Numbered from the stretch's first letter, positions 11,193-25,562 are shown. The stretch: 64,000 bases of DNA from Hypanus sabinus (GCF_030144855.1 NC_082728.1:29884001-29948000), one strand, 5' to 3'. The notes: generated from the sequence alone by a model not told the origin. Program-made: numbers and translations.

Positions 11193-13443
11193 AGTCAAAC
11201 ATTTGTCTTGGTATATAGTATATATTTTACCTTTCTATGCATATAAAACACTTAAGAAACACTTCCAAAACATCTGAGATGTAATACAGTACATAATAAT
11301 ACAGTAATAATAAAAGTAACTACATATAGTTCCATCGATGTCTTGCATACTGGAAGGGGAATTCGTGAGGTAACATTATGATGGACCTGGTGCTGGAGAG
11401 TCAGGGTTTGATTCTGCTGCTGGAGAGGGGGGTTTACTGCTGGAAGAAAACTCCGAGACTTTTCTTGCAGTAAAGTAAGGCTAATTGGAATATTATGCTG
11501 ATTTTGATTGTCTAACCAAATTATCAATAGCCTTTCCATTTCAATAATCAAACTACTGCATTGCTTAGTAATAATTGTAACTTTAATCGGGCAGTCCTTT
11601 CACATGCTCCATTATTCTCACTTTATCCTTTAAAATTCTTCCCATTGTTGACCGACTGTAGCCTAACACTTTTCCAATGACCGATGGCGTTTCACCTCTT
11701 TCCGATCACTTTATTATTTCCACCTTATTTTCAATCGTGATCGTTTTCCTTTTCTTTGATCCATCACCAGCACTTGCTTCAGAGACGTAGTAAATAAGAA
11801 AAAAATTTAAGCCAAGTACAAAGTTACACACTCAACAGTGTTAACAGAAACGTGATCAGAATTAAAATGGTGGACAGTGTTCTCTTTCCTCGAGCCGACG
11901 AGCTGCTGAAGCTGCGCAAAGTTTTCATGAGTGTCACAACGTAGTGCGTGCGTTTGTTATTACAAACCATTATATTTAATCCAAATTTTCAATACAGTGT
12001 AATAGGCTTTATGGCAGGCCGTTGGTAAGTACGAGTTGTTTGTAACTCGGGGGCTGCCTGTACTTTATAACCAACATGATGTAAATATTCTGTGATTCTC
12101 TGGGTGATGATCTTTTGGACTTCTCAGTTGGTAAATTATTCAGTCATAACTGAGATGTGATAGTAAAAACATTGTAGTGCATTTAAATGCAGAAGGTAGC
12201 AGTATCGGTAAATGAAAAACTACTGGAAAACCGTGTGGGAAGAAGTAACAAATGGTTGCAAATTTGAAAAATTATCTCTCTTTTGCTTTCCACAGCTGCT
12301 ACCTGAACTACTCGGGGTTTAAAGCAGTGACTGTTTTTATTTCAAGTTTCCAGCATTTGCAGACACTCTGATTGCAATATGCTCTACTTGGTTGGATACA
12401 ATTCTAAGTCCGTGAATCATTGTACAAATTCCTTTGGGAGATGAGGTTGGGGTGGGAAACAAAGTCTGAAAGAGTTGACACTGCACTGCTTTCTTTCACT
12501 CGATGGGAATTGAGTAACACAGGTAGGAACACGCAGCAGTGAAGCATGACTTTGGTCATGCGGAAAGGAATATAATAAAGAGTGTGACCTTTGAGTAAAG
12601 GAAAGCAAATTCAGCAATGGACTGTGTCCTCTGAGCTAATGAAGTAAATGAAAAAAAATTTTGTGACTGGTTGAGAATTTTGCCACATTTAACACAATCA
12701 TCTGCACAAATTTATATCTACTGAATTCTTTAAACAATGAGGTTATGAATTATTATAATTATGAAGAATTATTTTTGCTGAAATACAAATCTAAGTGGAC
12801 TATTACAGCAAAATATTACAGATGCACTATAGAGTCATAGAGCAATACAGCATTGATACAGACCTTTCAGTCCAATAGGTTTATGCTGACCACAGTGTGC
12901 ACCCAGCATGTCGCAATTTCATGTTCTCAGCCCAAGTTTCCCTTCGTGTACCTGTCCAAATACTTCTCAAATTATACTATTGTACCTGCCTTAATTACTT
13001 CCTATGGCAGCTCGTTCAATATACTCTCCACCCTCCGCATGGAAGTGTTACCCCTCAAGTCATTCTTAAATCTTTTCCCTCTCACTCAAAATTCATCATT
13101 TCACACATGGCTGTATTGAAATTCACTTGCCAATCCTTACACCACTCCTCTAATTGATCAAGATCCCTCTGTGGTTTACGACAGCCTTCATGATCATCAA
13201 CAGATCCTCATTTAATGTCATCTTTAAACTACCGATCAAACCTTGTACCTTTACATCCAAATCATTTATATAAATAATAAACAACAGTAATCCCAACACC
13301 AGTGTAGTATTATGGGAACTGCAGCTTGAAAATCTTGGAAGAAAGTGTACAGTACTCTAGTGATGTATAACTGATAAATTGATTATTTTATAAAACTGGT
13401 TGAAATTTGTTGCAATGATTGAACATTTCTTAATGTTTTTCAG

Positions 13444-13540
13444 TGATATGGACAGCACAAGGCAATTGTTTGACAATTAATTCGGATGAAAATACAATTG
13501 GAAGAAACAGTGGAATATTTTGGGCTTTATTGCAATTTAG
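13444..13540 (+). CDS. MFSD11: MFSD11 coding exon 5
   Basis: IWTAQGNCLTINSDENTIGRNSGIFWALLQF, UNC93-type WTAQG motif. Confidence 0.96.
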
Positions 13541-14335
13541 GTATTTATTTAAAAAGTGACTATATTATGATGCATACATCTGTACATCTATTTCAAGGCT
13601 GATAAATGTTTAACTAACTTGTTCCTTTATTTAAATATATTATGTGTGCAAGTGCCATTTATGAGGAAATGAAAGCTTTAAATGTTTGTGCTTGCTGTAA
13701 TTTACAGAAGTTAACAAATTTACAAGTGCTTTTTGGGTGAATTCTTCACTCCAACTTCCTATCCTATCTTCAAAATTCAATGTAAATATATAATCAAAGT
13801 GCCTATATGTCACCATTTTCTTGCGGGCGATCATCGTAACTAGAAGAAGCACAACAGAATCAATGAAGAACTGCACCCGCCAAAATGAACAAACAACTGA
13901 TGTGCAAAAAACAAAGCTCTGCAAATACAAAAAGAAAGAATAATAAATAAATAAATTTTGAGCATTAAGGTTCAAAAGTACATTATTTAAAGGGAAATTA
14001 CAGGCTGCAGATTGCAGTGAGAGTAGTTCATAAGTATATTCAGAATTTTCGTAAGCTGCCCGCAATGCATCGCCATGTTTCACCAGTACCATCTTGCCAA
14101 TGTTTGCCTTCTCATCATTCTCAACTATTGTTTAATAAATGTACTTTTTGAGTATTCCTATTCTTTCATTTTACTAATGCTGATGTGCTTAATGTATAGC
14201 ATTGGACCTCAGATTTACATCATCTAATAATGAGCACAATTACACTGCCACATCAAATGTTAACTTTAAGATCATATAGTTCAAAACAATCTGAGAATTG
14301 GAGCTGAAAGTTTAACCATATTCTTAATAAGTATA

Positions 14336-14492
14336 GAACAATTTGGTGTTGTTAAAGAACGTTCTTTCTTTTTAATGAAATCAAAACCTGCAAATGCTGG
14401 ACAAACTAATATTTACAGAGCATTTTGGTGTTGTTAAAGAACGTTCTTTCTTTCTTAATGAAATCAAAGCCTGCAAATGCTGGACAAACTAA
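14336..14492. repeat. Local tandem duplication, two copies about 82 bp apart
   Basis: TTTGGTGTTGTTAAAGAACGTTCTTTC...CCTGCAAATGCTGGACAAACTAA occurs twice. Confidence 0.9.
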
Positions 14493-15382
14493 CAAGGAGT
14501 TTCAACCTGTAAGTTTACTTCAGATACTGTTTCCACAGATGCTGTCTCACTTGTTGAATGTTGTTTGCATATTCTTCTTTTATTTCATTTATTTTCATTT
14601 AAGTTTTGTTTTCCCCTCTGCAAGAAACTAACAAAATTGGGTAGAAGTAAATATTACAAAGTAAACCTCATCTGAATTCAGCCACATTATAGATTCTGAT
14701 TGTAAATTGTTGCTAAAAAAAAAAAGACCTATAATTCTTCGAATGAGGTTTCTTGTGACCCTGTTGGAAACTACTTTTTAAAAACCTGTTTTGTAACCTA
14801 AATCAATATAAAACTAAAGTGATTTAATCATCATTTGTATTTTCTTTAACATACTCAAGAATTTTTCTTACTATGTGGTAGTTCATCCCCACTTACTGGC
14901 AGGAAGTGGTATAGCAGTTATATAGCAGTTTATCACCTTTCTCATTTTTCATTGGCTAATTGTTAACACATTACCCACATGATGCAATTGTGCAACCATT
15001 GATGGGTTTATTCTTATCTAAGGAATTTTCTGTTATCTGCATTATAAGAGGTATTAGATTTTTCAGAGGAACATCTTTTTTCCTTCACTTTTTTGCTTTT
15101 CATTGACTCTGCTTTGTTTCTCAGCTCTTGACTTAGTTTGCTTAGTATTTGTATATTTGTTTAAACTTTGAAATAAACAATCATTAAGAATTGAGACTCC
15201 TCACCATTCTTGACCTCTGGAAGAACCCTAAGGATCAGAAAAGCAATAGAGATCCAACAAACCCAATGTTCAAATTACTTTGTTATTCTTTTATGTTAAT
15301 TTTATTTTTGCAGGACCTGAGATAATCTCATTGAAGCATACAAAATTATTTAAGGGTTATATGAGGTTCATGCTTTTCCTTG

Positions 15383-15437
15383 GGTTGGGGTCCAGAATCA
15401 GCGATCATGGTTGGGGTCCAGAATCAGCGATCATGGT
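15383..15437. repeat. 26-bp tandem duplication within an old CR1 remnant
   Basis: GGTTGGGGTCCAGAATCAGCGATCAT twice. Confidence 0.85.
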
Positions 15438-16136
15438 CTCAAAATCAAGGGGCAGCAATTTAGATGAGAGATAGGAAAATCTTCATAGAGAATAATAATT
15501 CTTTGGAATTTGATTCTGGAGAGGACAGTGGAGGTTCTAGCACACAGAATATTCAGAATGTGGTTGATTTATCTGTGATTGGATTTGAAGCTAATGTGGC
15601 ATTAAGGTACAAGGCGTTATACAAGGTTATTGATTATTGGTGGCACAGAGTCAAAAAGCCTAATCATATCTGATACATATTTTTCTTTTTAAATATAATT
15701 TTGTAAATAACTTTCTAGATTGTGACAGATCCAGAAAATGCAATGTGGTTTGTTTGGTAATATATCTAAACTTCAAGACAGATGCAAATCAGATTAAAAA
15801 GGCACTTGGCCAAATTGTTAGATTGGGGAGGGTTAACCAAATGCTAAATAAAAGCTGAGTTTCAAGCAATTTTGTAAAGGAGTAAGGGGCACTCGACATG
15901 TCAGTCAAAATGTCAGCTGCTGTGGGGAGAGGGAGTGCTAGATGCACAAATAGCTGGAACTGTTAAAAGTTTGAGTTCCATTTTGTTTAGAAAATAGCTC
16001 TCTACAGACTATGACTTGTTTGAATTTTACTTGAATTGCTTTAATTTCTGTGAATTCTTGTCTTTTGAATAATGATACTATAATCATAGACATAGTTTTA
16101 ATCAGTGAAATCTAATTTTTTTTCTCTTTTTCCTAG

Positions 16137-16195
16137 TCTTTTGTTTGGAAATCTGTACATTTATTTAGCATGGAAAGGAGAAAAGCATATTTCAG
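16137..16195 (+). CDS. MFSD11: MFSD11 coding exon 6
   Basis: LLFGNLYIYLAWKGEKHIS, TAG acceptor, GTCAG donor. Confidence 0.95.
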
Positions 16196-17721
16196 GTCAG
16201 TTCTCCTACCTATGTTGAACACATCACAAGAAGCAACACAGCACTAGTGTTATGTTGCAGACTACTGGTGCTTAATATATTTATAATTTGCTTGTTTTGG
16301 TGGCTGTGCCTTTTTTCTTCAGAATTTTTTTTAAAAAAGGGATCTTCCGTTCAATAAGTGTCTTAGAAATCATGATCATTGTGTTGCATCATACCACCAG
16401 TACAGTTTGCACTGTTCCCATGCTTATCTCTTATTGCTGTGTCTGGGCATTGTAAAATACCTGGCTTCTCTACTGCCAACCTTGGTGTGTGCTCTGAGTT
16501 TTAAACGCCGTCTTCACATTTCAACAAATTTCTTTTTCAAACTTGTGAAGGTCTGAGCTACTTGTCAAGAATGCTGTGATAAATCTGGTAGATTCTTCTT
16601 TAACTCTTAAATCTCTAATTAATTCAGGGATCTTGGAACACTGTAGTACGTAGCATATCTATCATTCATACTGTTAAAATTCAAAACTCCTTTGTGATCA
16701 AATAGGATTTTTTGTGAAAAAATAGGCAATTTTATAAAATAATCCTATAATTTATCTTTTAGTATTTTAAGAAGCACTTACTAAATCTCGTAGAGGTAGA
16801 TGGAGTTTGGCTGTAATTTCTCAATTGTGAAATAGCATCAGATTTATGATCTCCCCATCTAATTGATCCCCTGCCCACTCAACTCAAAAACTTACGCAAA
16901 AGAGCTGCCATGAGCAATTTTGAGTAAGGCTTAATGCAAGCGGCTTAAATGGCATGTAAAGTGTGCAAGAGTGTTTTTGAGGCATCCTTCAAGGGATTTA
17001 ACTTGGGTAACTGAAATGGGCAGGTGGAAATTTCAGCAGTGGAACATTCTGGGAACAGTGACCATAACTCTCTAAGTAGTTATGTAAATGGAAAAGGCTG
17101 GTCCTCAAGTTGAGACCAAAACTGGGAAAAGGCAGTGTTAGAGCAGACCTAGCAAAAGTAGATTTAAGATCAAGACTTGTGGGTAAAATTACATTTGGTA
17201 GTCTTTTAAATGAGCTAGCAGCAGTCGTTTCAATAAGGGTGAAGAGCAAATTTGTTAAGACTAGAAATGAAAAGCTTAGTGAAGGTTTGATCGCGGGAGG
17301 GGGGGAATAAGTCATGATAAGTATAGGCACTCACAGCAATTGCATTTCTTGAGGATATGTAGAGTGTACGAGAGAACTTAAGAAAGCAATTTGGGCAAAA
17401 GAGGACCATGAAATATTTAATCTAATTTCCCCCTTTGTGGCTACTTAAATATTAAATCTTTATTTACATTTTTTTTTCACAGAGTCACTTTAACATTTAT
17501 CTTCCTTATTTTGAATTTCCTTTTTGCACCCTCATTCATTGGGCACCTCTTCTTGTGTCATCTTTGCAAAATAATTGTATTCCATTATCACAGAACATTT
17601 CCATGCTTTATGGGAATGGCTTGGCAGCTTGTACCCATCCTCTCCAGCTCTTAGTGATCCCTTTCTTTTCTAAATTTTAGTGAGTTCATTATTTTGTAGT
17701 ATTTTTTCCCTGTTATTTCAG

Positions 17722-17866
17722 ATTACGACCGCAAGACTGTTTATACTGCACTCACTGTAGTTTGTTTGGTTGGAAGTGTCCTATTCATTCTTATAAGGAA
17801 ACCTGCTTCAGAGCCTCAGTCAACAGAAAATGAAATATCTGATGATGAGCCTGAAACTACACTTAG
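17722..17866 (+). CDS. MFSD11: MFSD11 coding exon 7
   Basis: YDRKTVYTALTVVCLVGSVLFILIRKPASEPQSTENEISDDEPETTL, GTAAAT donor. Confidence 0.94.
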
Positions 17867-18632
17867 GTAAATTTTTGTTTTCTTTACGGAAACATGAGAT
17901 CATGAGGTGGAGACATGTGGTTCAAGAAATCCAGACTATGATGAGTAACTCCATATTTCATTTATGTGGGCATCTTTTAGATTTCATTTTTCTTTTATCA
18001 ATTGGTCATGCATGCTGGAAAGATTCAGATTGAAAAATTCAATGTGTGAAACTCTGGAAATGAGCTTTATTTAACTCTATGGACATTGAGTACTTAATAT
18101 ACACCATTTTGAAAATGGTAACATTCTCATTAATATAAAGGTGTAATTTTTTGAAAATCCTAACATGATCTGGATAAATAAGTGCTTAAATTATTGAAGT
18201 CTGAGGGCAGAAATGACATATAATGTAATTTGAATTTTTTTTCATTAACTCTTTCTTGACTTTCAGCCCTCTTCCTGAATCTTCTGTAGTTTTTTTATAA
18301 CTATAAACATTTCAGGAAATGGTTCCGTTAACTTGTTTCCTTTGCCAATGTATGCGTTATGAAAATATTCATCTACACACATGCTAATTTATTGGTTTAG
18401 ACATATATACTCTTGCATGAATGTTGGTTTATACAATACTCAATTCATAAACCACTTGATAAGATTGTGTAACTTGAATTTGTATATAAAAAAACAAATG
18501 AAGGTAAATCAAAGACCTCCCAGCGAGCTTGATTAAAAGTTAATTTGCAATGTGTTGAGCAAGTGAGGGTAATCATTTCTATTTGCTTTGTGTGTGCTCA
18601 GAAAAGGAGCTCACGTTCAGCTCTGGTGATTT

Positions 18633-19757
18633 CAGAATCAGGTTTATTATCACTGGCATGTGTCGTGAAATTTGTTAACTTGGCAGCAGCAGGTCAATGC
18701 AATACATAATGAATAGTAAATCAGTTACAGTATATGCATATTGAATAGATTAAAAATCGTGCAAAAACAGGAATAATAAATAAAGTGAGGTTGTGTTCAT
18801 GGGTTCAAAGTCCATTGAGGAATCAGATGGCAGAGGGGAAGAAGGTGTTCCTGAATTGCTGAGTGTGTGCCTTCAGGCTTTTGTACCTCCTACCTGATGG
18901 TAACAGTGAGACAAGGGCATGCACTGGGTGCTGGGGGTCCTTAATAATGGACGCTGTCTTTCTGAGATACCGCTCCTTAAAGATGTCCTGGGTACTTTGT
19001 AAGCTAGTAAGCTAGTACCCAAGATGGAGCTGACTAAATTTACAACTCTCTGCAGCATCTTTTGGTCCTGTGCAGTAGACCCCACCCCACTGTCCCCCCC
19101 CCCCCCCCCCCATAGCAGACAGTGACGCTGCCTGTCAGAATGCTCTCCGTGGTACATTTATACAAGTTTTTAAGTGCTTTTGTTGACATACCAAATCTCT
19201 TCAGACTCCATTAGGAGTCGCTGTCTTGCTGCCTTTATAGTTGCATTGATATATTGAAACTAAGTTAGGTCTTCAGAGATCTTGACACCCAGGAACTTGA
19301 AACTGCTCACTCTCATCACTTCTGATCCTTCTACGAGGATTGGTATGTGTTCCTTTGAATTGCCCTTCCTGAAGTCCACAATCAGCTCTTTTTGTCTTAC
19401 TGACATTGAGTGCAAAATTGTTTCTGTGACACCACTCCACTAGTTGGCATATCTTGTTCCTGTATGTCCTCTTGTCTCCATCTGAGATTCTACCAGCAAT
19501 GGTTGTATCATCAACAAATTTATAGATGGTATTTGAGAGTAGAGCAGTGGGCTAAGCATACACCCCTAAGGTGCACCAGTATTGATCGTCTGCAAGGAGG
19601 AGATATTATTACCAATCTGCACTGATTGTGGGCTCCTGGTTAGGAAATCCAGTTACAGAGGCCCGGGCTCTGTAACTTCTCAATCAGAATTGTGGGAATG
19701 ATGGTGTTAAATGCTGAGCTATAGTTGATGAACAGCATCCTGACATGGGTGTTTGTT
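18633..19757 (-). mobile_element. Rex1/Babar-like LINE, 3' fragment
   Basis: Same RT C-terminal and 3' UTR motifs as 8713-9510. Confidence 0.78.
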
Positions 19758-20106
19758 TAGATTTGATTGGAAATCCCTGTTTATTTGAATTACAAATATG
19801 AAGCATACCTCACTCGGCCTGGGAGTCTCTGGTAGGTCTGCTTTTTATTTGTATACCTAAGAAACCTTGCAATATGGGAAATCATGCTATAGCATAACAG
19901 ACTGAAGTCACCCTCAAAGCATGGATTTGAACAGGTTTTCCTAAAGTGGATCATACTATAGCTAGTGCAGCCCATGTAATGCAAATAGTGTTAGCTAATC
20001 CATCAATCGTGTTATAACCAGTTTGCGTTGCAGAAAAATATGTAGAAATAGAACTACCTGCACTTGGCTTTGCAAGGCTATTGATATGGTTTTACATAAT
20101 TTACAG

Positions 20107-20144
20107 AACTGAAGGACGTTCATCCCAAGCAGTAGCTGCATTCA
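20107..20144 (+). CDS. MFSD11: MFSD11 coding exon 8
   Basis: 38 nt, TEGRSSQAVAAF, TTACAG acceptor and GTAAGT donor; restores the frame between exons 7 and 9. Confidence 0.88.
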
Positions 20145-20245
20145 GTAAGTTTCTTGCACATATTTGAACCAATTCATTTTCCAGAAATTTACTGCATGCT
20201 TTATCTTAAAATCTCTCATTTATAGGAAATATGTTTTCTTAACAG

Positions 20246-20311
20246 AGAGTGCAATCAATATATTTTTTACCAAGGATATGCTGCTCCTAAGCGTTTGCAT
20301 TGCTTACACAG
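20246..20311 (+). CDS. MFSD11: MFSD11 coding exon 9
   Basis: KSAINIFFTKDMLLLSVCIAYTG, GTGAGA donor. Confidence 0.94.
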
Positions 20312-20852
20312 GTGAGAATGTTAAGCTGAATAATCCTGTTACTATAGTATTAATAGATGCTAGGCTTTTTTTTAAATTCCAGTGTGTTCTTGTGCATTAT
20401 ATATCAAAACAATTGTTCCAATTTATCAAAATAACTATTGTTTTGTGGAGTGATTAAAAATGAATAGCAATTTGTTAAATATGTTAGCATATGTATATTT
20501 GTGTTACAGTTTTAAAGATAGAAAAATTACATTAAAATACATGAGATGGTAAGAAAAAAATCTAATAAAAGGATATCTAGATCAAACTTAGTCAGTGTCC
20601 TTGTAATATAACTGATCTCTAAAGAATGAACATTCTCACTGCTCATGATTGGCATTTCTTTCAATGGAAATGTAATGGGCTATGTTTGCACAACATAGTT
20701 GCAGTTTATTTGCCAGTTAACTGCCTGTTGGTATAGCTGATAATGTTGAACAGAATATGATGAAAGGTGGAAAAAATCTCTTGCACTTCAGCCTAGAAAT
20801 GGAAGCATGTGAAAAGTTAATGAATGAAAATTTTAAAATATTTATTTTCTAG

Positions 20853-20978
20853 GTTTTGAGCTAACCTTTTTGAGTGGGGTGTATGGCACATGCCTGGGGG
20901 CAACAAATCACTTTGGGGATGAAGCCAAAAGTCTAATTGGTTTAAATGGCATCTTCATTGGCGTTGGAGAGATTGTAG
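20853..20978 (+). CDS. MFSD11: MFSD11 coding exon 10
   Basis: FELTFLSGVYGTCLGATNHFGDEAKSLIGLNGIFIGVGEIV. Confidence 0.96.
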
Positions 20979-21066
20979 GTTTGTAAACCCTTATTTTTGT
21001 TATTAAACAATGAAACGTACTTCTGTTAAAAGAAAATATATTTATTTCTTTTGTACTCATTTTTAG

Positions 21067-21253
21067 GTGGAGCAACATTTGGTTTATTGAACAAATTCCT
21101 CAGCAGATATCTTGGCATTGGCCGAAATCCTGTAGTTCTTCTAGGCTTATCATTACATATTCTAACTTTCTATCTCATTTTCCTAAATGTGCCAAACAAT
21201 GCACCAATGGTTTCTGATGCAGGGACAAGTGAAGCTGCTTATATAATTCCAAG
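21067..21253 (+). CDS. MFSD11: MFSD11 coding exon 11
   Basis: GATFGLLNKFLSRYLGIGRNPVVLLGLSLHILTFYLIFLNVPNNAPMVSDAGTSEAAYIIP. Confidence 0.94.
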
Positions 21254-21669
21254 GTTGGTCATTAATTTGGTTTTCGCTTTTGCCTGTTACACATGCAGTA
21301 TTACTAATTTATGTTTGTAGCTTGGGCATTAATTTGTTTAAATGGTGATTATTTGAAAAATATTATGAAATTCACAATTAAGTAAATATGGAGATACATG
21401 TTTAAATTGTTGAATTTGAGGAACAGTCGCTACTTATTAAGAGAGGTTTGTTACCTTCTGGGCCAGAATGTGCTTAATCTAATCCATGTTTATCTCCTGT
21501 GTGGTCACTGTAACCATGCTAACTTTCTGTTCCATGTGAGGATCATAAGACCCTACCCTCAAGCAATCATGGCAGGCTTGTTGTTGAGCCCTTTGCATTG
21601 GTTTCTATATACCTCGGATAAGTCTTTAAAAATGTTAGAATAGCTGATGTAAAGCTCAAGGGCTAAATG

Positions 21670-24600
21670 TACCTTGAACATAGCAGCGAGCAGAGGGTAC
21701 GCTGACTCCAAGCTTTAAATACTTAGATAGTGTCTTAAAGTTTTTAGTCATTTCGGTCATCCAAAACTCCGTGAATACAGCATCACTGAACATTTAGACA
21801 AAATGACATTTAATCCACCGGCAACAGAGTTAATAGCAGTGGTCAACCGACTCGGGATTCTGCAGACCCGATGACAGGAACTTGGACTAAGCGGTTCAGC
21901 CAAGGAAGTGTCGGACGCAGGTGGTATGAGAGGAAGCAGAAACATGGCAAGAGAGCTGGGGCAGTAGCCAGGCTGAGCGTCAACCTAACCAGACCAGCAG
22001 TGTCATTGCGTTTCATGCCCAAAGTCCATTTGCTAGATAATAAAATGGACTCACTGAGACTGAAAATGAACACACTGAAAGAGATAAGAAACTGCTGCAT
22101 TCTGGTTTTCACTGAAACGTGGTTAAACAACAACATGCCTGACTCAGCATTTCAATGCAATGTGATGTCTGTTCCATGCAGACAGGAGCCCTCTGACAGG
22201 GAAATCCAAAGGAAGTGGAATCTGTATGTACATTAAACAAAGGTTGGTGCATAAACTCACCTGTAATTAGCAGTCACTTTTATGGGGAAATTGAGCATCT
22301 TGCAAAGGGATGGCAGCCAGATTACCAGCTCTGGGAGTTTACTGTTGTGTCTTGGCCGCTGTCTCTATCCCCCCTGAGCGCGAACACCAAGGATACACTG
22401 GGAGAGCTTTACAAAATCATTGGCTTTTTACAAAACCAGCATCTGAATGGTCTCTTCATAATTGCAAGTGACTTCAATCATGTTAACCCGCGGGACATTT
22501 GACCAAAAATTCAACCAACACATCACCATGGCCACTAGGGGAACAAACAAGGGGACTGTATTTATTGAAAGCACACATGGTACATACAAAACCATCCCAT
22601 GCCCTCATCTTGGCCTCTCTAACTACATCCCCCCCAATGTTAATCCCAGCATATCAACTGCTGCTGAAAATGGAGAAAGCAGTCAAGAGAACCATCACTG
22701 TATGGCCTAATAAGGCAACCTCTATGCTTCAGAACTGTTTAAACAGACTAACTGGCAGGTGTTCAAGGAGGCCATCACAAACAGTATAGACACAGACCTT
22801 GAGGAATATGCCTCATCTGTCATCATTGTGTTGACAACATTGGTACTTCAAGGTCGGTCGGTCTCATGGCACAACTAGAAGCTCTGGCTGAATGCAGAGG
22901 TGTGGTCCCTACTAAAAGTCCAGGATGCTGCTTTTAAGTCGAGCGACAGACAGCTTTCAGAGCCGTCAGAAGGAACCTCATCTTGGGTATCAAGAGGACA
23001 ATGGCTGTCAACGCACAAAAAATTGAGAACACCTGTCTGATGACAATTCCTGGTGTATGTGGCTGGGCATCGAAGACATTACTGACTAAGAAAGGGGAAA
23101 GAATTGTCGTCTGTACCAGTGATGCCTTCCTTCCTGATGCTCTGAACAACTTGTATACATGCTTCCAGGCACCCCAGCCGCAGAATCTACCCCCCTCCCA
23201 GCGGAGCAGTCGCTGTCCGTGACAGCAGCAGACGTGAGAAGGACTCTGCAGAGAGTCAACCCCTGAAAGGCAGCTGGGCCAGACAACATCCCAGGCCGAG
23301 TGCTTGGGGACTGTGCTCACTGACATCTTCAACACTTCACTCATCCAGACTGCTGTCTCTACATGCTTCAAATCAGCCACCATCATCCCGATACCAAAGA
23401 ACTTTATACCTCCAGAAGTAAATGACGACCATCCAGTGGCACTGACACCAATCATCATGAAGTGCTTTGAATGGCTGATAATGGCATATTATCAAAACTC
23501 CATTCCTGCCGCATTGGATACTCACCCGTATACTGATTGACGGAACTGCTCTACGACAGATGCCATAGCATATGTTATAGCCCTGGACCAGGCACACCTG
23601 GACACGAATGTTAGAACACTGTTTCTGGATTTCTGTTCAGCATTCAACACTATTGTCTCACAGACCTTGGTGAACAAACTCCTAAGCTTCGTCTGACTAC
23701 CACCACTGTGCAACTGGGTGTTAGTCTTCCTAATGAAGAGGCCTCAGATAGTCAAGATGTACAGCTGTTCCTCCTTCCCCATCATCCTCAACATGGGTGA
23801 CTCCCAGGGTTGTGTGATGATCCCAATGCTGTACACTCTGCTCACAAATAACTACACAGCCAAAAACCCAAGCAACCACATTCTTAAGTTTGCCATTGAC
23901 GCAACAGCGGTGGGACTCATCACCAACAACAATGAGGTGGCCTACAAAGAGGAGGTGGAAGAGCTTGAGGTTTTCTGCCTGCCAAATAACTTCTTCCTCT
24001 TTGGTTATCAATTTCAAGAGAGCTCACACCACTAATACCCTTCTATACATCAGCAACACAGCAGTGGAAAGTGCAAGCTGTTTCATACTCCTGGGAATGC
24101 ACCTCACGCACAACCTCTCGTGGTCCCAGAACACATCCTACACAGTCAGGAAAGGTCACCAACACCTCTACTTTCTGAGGAGCTGAAGAGAGCTGGACTT
24201 TGCACATCCATACTGGTGTCATTTCACAGATGTTAGAATTCCCTGTACTGCACAAGCTGCATCATTGCTTGATATGGAAACCACACTACGGCAGGCAGGG
24301 AGACTACAGTTGGTAGTCAACACCGCCCAACGCTTCACCGGCACCAGCCTACCCGCCATCAGGGACATGAGTACAGAAAGGTGCCAAAAAAAGCCAGTAA
24401 CTTCATGAAGGATCCCACCAATTCACTCATGGACTGTTTGTTCCACTCCCATCAGGGAGGAGGCTACATAGCATCCATGCCAGGACTACCAGACATAAAA
24501 ACAGTTACTTTCCCCAAGTGGTAAGACTGATCACCGCCTCCACCCACAAACTACACCACTACTTTATTATTTCCCATCAATCACTTTATATATGTATAGT

Positions 24601-24790
24601 CTAGCATCACTTTATGAACATACAATGTATGTAAGCTATCGTGTGTTTGTGTGTGTGTATGTATAATCTCTTTTTATTATTATTGTGTTCTTTATCTTTT
24701 GTGGGATTTTTGCTGCATCAGATCCAATTAATTACTTTGTTCTCATTCACACTTGTGTACAGGAACTGGCATTAAGCAATCTTGAATTGT
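21670..24790 (+). mobile_element. Rex1/Babar-like LINE, near full length, decayed, in MFSD11 intron 11
   Basis: APE fragment EIRNCCILVFTETWL and IIASDFNH; RT fragments FKSATIIPIPK, PVALTPIIMKCFE, QGCV; many frameshifts. 5' boundary approximate. Confidence 0.85.
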
Positions 24791-25249
24791 ATCTGCCCCC
24801 TCATCTCAGCAAGGCCGGGCTCCGCCCCCAGATTTATTATTTTAATTATTAATGGAATCTTTTTATCATCGCCTTTTGCAAAGATATCCATTCTCCAGTG
24901 TGTTCCTGATTTCTGCACACAAGCATACAGATGCAGACGTTAGGAGTATTCCGAGATGCAAAGAGAACTTTACCTGAGGTTCCTTTACAAATATCAGTCC
25001 ATTATAAAGCATGTGGCAAGAATGGGGTGTAGTTCCTGTGTTGTGTTTTTTTTTTATTTTTGGATTCCATTCCCATTTAGTTTAAGTTCAAAACTGGGTT
25101 TACTTTTTTATTGTTTGATTCTATGAAAGTGACTGAATTGTTGAAATACTAGGGTTATTTTTGCAACTAGAAGTTGGCATTTATGGATGAATGATTACCA
25201 TATTTGCATTGATGAATTTCCAGCTCATGATATGCCTTTTGATCCCCAG

Positions 25250-25385
25250 CAAAGTTATCGCAATAGTATGCAGTTTTCTTATGGGACTAGGAGACAGCTG
25301 CTTCAACACACAGCTCCTCAGTATTCTGGGATTTATGTATGCCCAAGAAAGTGCTCCTGCATTTGCTATCTTCAAATTTGTGCAA
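25250..25385 (+). CDS. MFSD11: MFSD11 coding exon 12
   Basis: KVIAIVCSFLMGLGDSCFNTQLLSILGFMYAQESAPAFAIFKFVQ, GTAAGA donor. Confidence 0.96.
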
Positions 25386-25562
25386 GTAAGAATAAATAAA
25401 ACTTTCTCATGATGCATATCTTCCAAAGCCCATTCAAAGACAATTATAACTTCTAATATTAAACAGGAAATGAATAATTTAATGAACTGGTATTAACTAA
25501 TTACTTTATGCTGCTCTTCATTATTGTTTGCTATTCCATTGAATTCTATTCTTTTTCCCCAG

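Larger units (their letters stand above)
9665..12060 (-). mobile_element. Tigger/pogo-like DNA transposon derivative interrupted by two CR1 insertions
   Basis: TIRs CAGGCAGTCCCCGGGTTAC (9665) and GTAACTCGGGGGCTGCCTG followed by TA (ends 12060); CENP-B-type HTH fragment EMERLLIIWLDNQNQHNIPISLTLLQEKSRS. Confidence 0.8.

Noticed and set aside
13640-14092. 150-aa minus-strand ORF in MFSD11 intron 5
   Set aside because: Mostly runs through a LINE 3' UTR remnant; the unique part (VKHGDALRAAYENSEY) matches nothing I can name.
19790-19984. Minus-strand ORF with a GTATGC donor-like site in MFSD11 intron 7
   Set aside because: No recognisable homology or partner exons.
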